Assembly: GCF_006345805.1 (NCBI RefSeq)
Contig: NW_021832829.1
Span: 62,001-126,000 of the forward strand
DNA: 64,000 nucleotides
Origin: Octopus sinensis
Taxonomy: Eukaryota
Reading direction: 5' to 3'
Shown here: piece after piece, positions 61,191-64,000 of the stretch
Numbering within the stretch: position 1 is the first letter of the stretch
Layout of the letters: each line of letters starts with the position of its first letter
Position numbers and translations under genes: made by a program
Notes under the pieces: model-generated
Databases searched by the model: none
Seen by the model: only the letters and a program-made list of their open reading frames with translations
What the model was told of the DNA's origin: nothing

Positions 61191-61899
61191 ATATTTTTTT
61201 TTTACGACAGATCCTTCTTCATCTTGAATATCAAAATTCATATTTTCTCTGGCAATAACTTTATATTTTCGCATAAATTTGATCATATAATGGATAATTT
61301 CTATTCTGTAGATTAGCATCAATATCTTGACGTAATAGAACATTATCCCCGACATTAATCCTCATCATAACACGCGTTAAACGACCTTAATGTCGTTTTT
61401 GTCGAATTTCCATTTCCGTTTGCTTTTCATTTTTCTCTTGCTTTCGTTAGATTCTCGTATGTTGATAACAAATTTTTCGTAATATTTCATTTTCAATAAT
61501 TGAATTTCTGCATCAGCATCTTCTCCATAAAACGCGCAGAAAGCTTTTATTTCTTCATCATTTGGTCCCTTTACTCCCATAAAGATATTGAAAGGAATAT
61601 GCTTTGTTGTTGATGTCGTGAACGATAAGGTTTCTGAATGCTGTTTGACTTTATATTTCTCCTTCTTATCCAAAAGTCATCGAAATTTTGGGATTCTTAT
61701 ATTTTTTGATTTTTGACAACGTATCTGTAGTCAAAAGAGTCAGGGAACGTAAGCTTGACGCTCGTCTCGTAGCCATTACCAACCAAACCGTTGACAGGTT
61801 GGTTGGCAAGGGGAAAAGGTTGGTTCTGTTTGTTACTGAAAGAGAATCAGCATCCAATCGTCTCCACGAGGAGGTGAACCCTTGTTCTACATATAGTAA

Positions 61900-62774
61900 G
61901 TTGGCGCATTTTTTTGTTAAAACAGAAAATCCACCTTCGCAGCGATAAGTCGTTGAAAACCAAATCAAAACTCTTAAAGCTTTGTTTTCTTTTGAAATTA
62001 CGCTCTAAATATTCCATTTCTTATCTTCTGTCTCTTGAAATAAACGCAGGTTCTTTTTCCTCTTTAAATAATAGCTCGTTTAAAGTGATTTCGTGCTCAA
62101 CAAATGGATTCCTCACCCAATCATATGGATGAAAAATAATTCTTTGAATTTATAAATAATGACTCCAAATGATTAATAATTAATGGAATAATTTCTTTAC
62201 ACTTCCTTTCTTGCACATGAGAAAACATTTCCAAGTTTCCATTTGTTATATGTTTTTTAATATTTTATTTTTTTTCATAAAACCAGCTATTTTGTGTGTA
62301 AAACTCAACAGATTTTCATTTCTTCTTTGCATATTGAGAACATTGAGTTTATTAAAATATCGGTAAAGCATGGTATCTTGCAACATTAACATTCATCATT
62401 AGGGCATTTAATAAAGTTATCCAACTTGTCTTGTATGCAGAATGTCAAGAATTCGTGTCTTTGTTCATAGAAACGAATTAACATGTTTCCTTTGAGAGAC
62501 ATCTTACTTCAGCATGGAAAAGCAAAAATGAATGTTCTGTATTTTCACAAAGTTTCAAGAACTTTCATAATTTCAACGGCCTCATTCTGATATAATTAAT
62601 AATTTTTACAATATGTCCAAAAAAATTTAATGTCCAATAGTTTTTGCGACCAATGCCTCACGATGAAGAAAAAAATGCGTGTGAATTAATTTCGAATTTT
62701 TATTTTTCGATATGCTTTTCTGATCTCCCCGGAACCCTTAAAATTTTGCGCAAAACTCAGGTTGGGAAACACTG
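61900..62774 (-). mobile_element. Deleted hAT (Charlie-like) remnant
   Basis: Terminus GTTGGGAAACACTG followed by CTCTGGAG; LFHAEVRCLSK; FSTTYRCEGGFSVL. Confidence 0.7.
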
Positions 62775-62889
62775 CTCTGGAGAGATGTATTCTCAACACG
62801 GTCGTTGCGCTCTTAAATCTTTAGTGCTTTACCAATACAATCTCTGCCGTAGACCTCCCTTCTCGGAACCCACTTTGACTTGCTTGTCG

Positions 62890-63700
62890 GTATTAATCCG
62901 ACACACTTTTTATCTGGCTTAGTGCAATGTTTGGCAGCACCTTTCGCATCGAATTCAGGAGTATTAGGTCAGAGATTTTCAACTGGTCCGTTTGGTTTTT
63001 TTCGGTTTTTATGGGCATTAATAATGCATTTTCAATGCATAGATCGATATTAGTTTCAAAGATGTCATTTATGGGTTTTCTGTCGCTAAGTTTCTTTGGC
63101 CAATATTTTAGAAGCTGAGGGCTTATCTTGTCAGGCGATTTCACTTTTTCCACTGTGATTGGACTCTTCTTCTTCAGTTTATTTATCGCTAATTTCATCT
63201 CTTCCAATGTGATTGGGATTTTTAGCGCCTTTGCTTCTTTCTGGAAAGGAGTAAAGTCTTTATTTTCTTTATTCAACAGTGTTTCAAAGTGTCATGCAAT
63301 CAGTTCTGGGTTACTGGTTTTTCTTTCGGGTTACTCTTGTCAGACGTGTTTGGCACTTTTAGCCATAGCTCTCTGCGATGCTTTACCATATCTGGCACGT
63401 TTAGGGGTTATCTAATTTTAGGGCACGATAATTTTGAACTCCAAGAAATATATTGGCCGACTTTAAGATTACCTGCTTTGTTTGATCCCACAGAGTTTTT
63501 ACTGATGATTCGGGTGCGATTTTCTCCATAAGAGTCTCGATTTGCTTCCAATGTTTCTTTACAAATGTCTCTAACCTCAATTTTTTGTCTAAAAGTATAT
63601 ATTGGGATTTGGTCTTGCCTTTCAATGTATTTTTACCAGTTGGATGCTTTTTTACGCAGTTTTGCAATGAAGATCCTGTGGTCGCTATCAGTTCTTGTTT
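62890..63700 (-). mobile_element. Non-LTR retroelement remnant (pre-RT linker and RT start)
   Basis: ITLEEMKLAINKLK..SPDKISPQLLKY..LLNSMRKVL. Confidence 0.55.
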
Positions 63701-64000
63701 TTTATTCTGAATGTGTATTATTTAGCAGGTGGACTTTCTGCTAATAATGTAGTCTATTTGGTGACCTAATCACCACTTGAATGTTGCGCGACTTTAATTT
63801 TTCGAAATAATCGGGTTAATGAAATTCGTTAATCTTGTATAAACATTATTCTTAATAAGCACACTGGAAAACAATACAAAATAAGTGGATTGACAAAGAT
63901 ATCTGTCAGCACTTTGAGGTCAATGCTACGTCAAAAACGGCCTGCCGCCCGGTGTGATCTTGTGTGGGCTCGTGGAAAGATCTCCGAGCGAAGATGAGGT

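Noticed and set aside
61190-61900. Minus-strand ORF 61377-61673 as a host gene
   Set aside because: It is embedded among TE remnants, has stops nearby and no clear family; probably a retroelement ORF1-like remnant, not called.

Overview
This is AT-rich eukaryotic, animal-like nuclear DNA, not prokaryotic; I found no CRISPR array or rRNA. Three very compact gene islands (about 10.2-22.4, 28.6-32.1 and 39.2-45.9 kb) carry genes split by ultrashort (about 20-30 nt) GT-AG introns: FRMD3/5-like FERM, CLPX, POLQ, RPUSD4-like, enkurin, an orphan membrane protein, SNIP1, acid lipase, tektin, CDS, TMEM33, ABHD11, a CAF1/CNOT7-8 deadenylase with a repeat N-terminus, and SmF. A 4-domain C-type-lectin/mucin receptor (5.2-8.0 kb) and tRNA-Asp(GTC) are also present. 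The islands alternate with blocks of nested transposon remnants (hAT, Tc1, pogo/Tigger, Ginger-like, Helentron-associated, Jockey/I-like LINEs, R4-like and CRE-like REL retroelements). Tiny introns, ciliary genes, the standard genetic code and animal-type transposons fit a dicyemid-like parasite; this is inference only. The most notable structures are: (i) a ~16.6-kb tandem duplication whose second copy was collapsed by deletions, several at short microhomologies; (ii) a CRE-like retroelement with a twin-priming-type 5' inversion; (iii) a 10.9-kb block bounded by two ~97% identical CRE fragments and a single 13-bp TSD pair; (iv) two different Ginger-like elements stacked at one TATTA site; (v) a POLQ with almost no central domain; (vi) a CAF1 with a YQQPYPDI repeat domain; and (vii) an unexplained GC-rich, possibly structured 380-bp island. 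Exon boundaries and protein calls were made by manual translation and motif recognition; no database searches were run.
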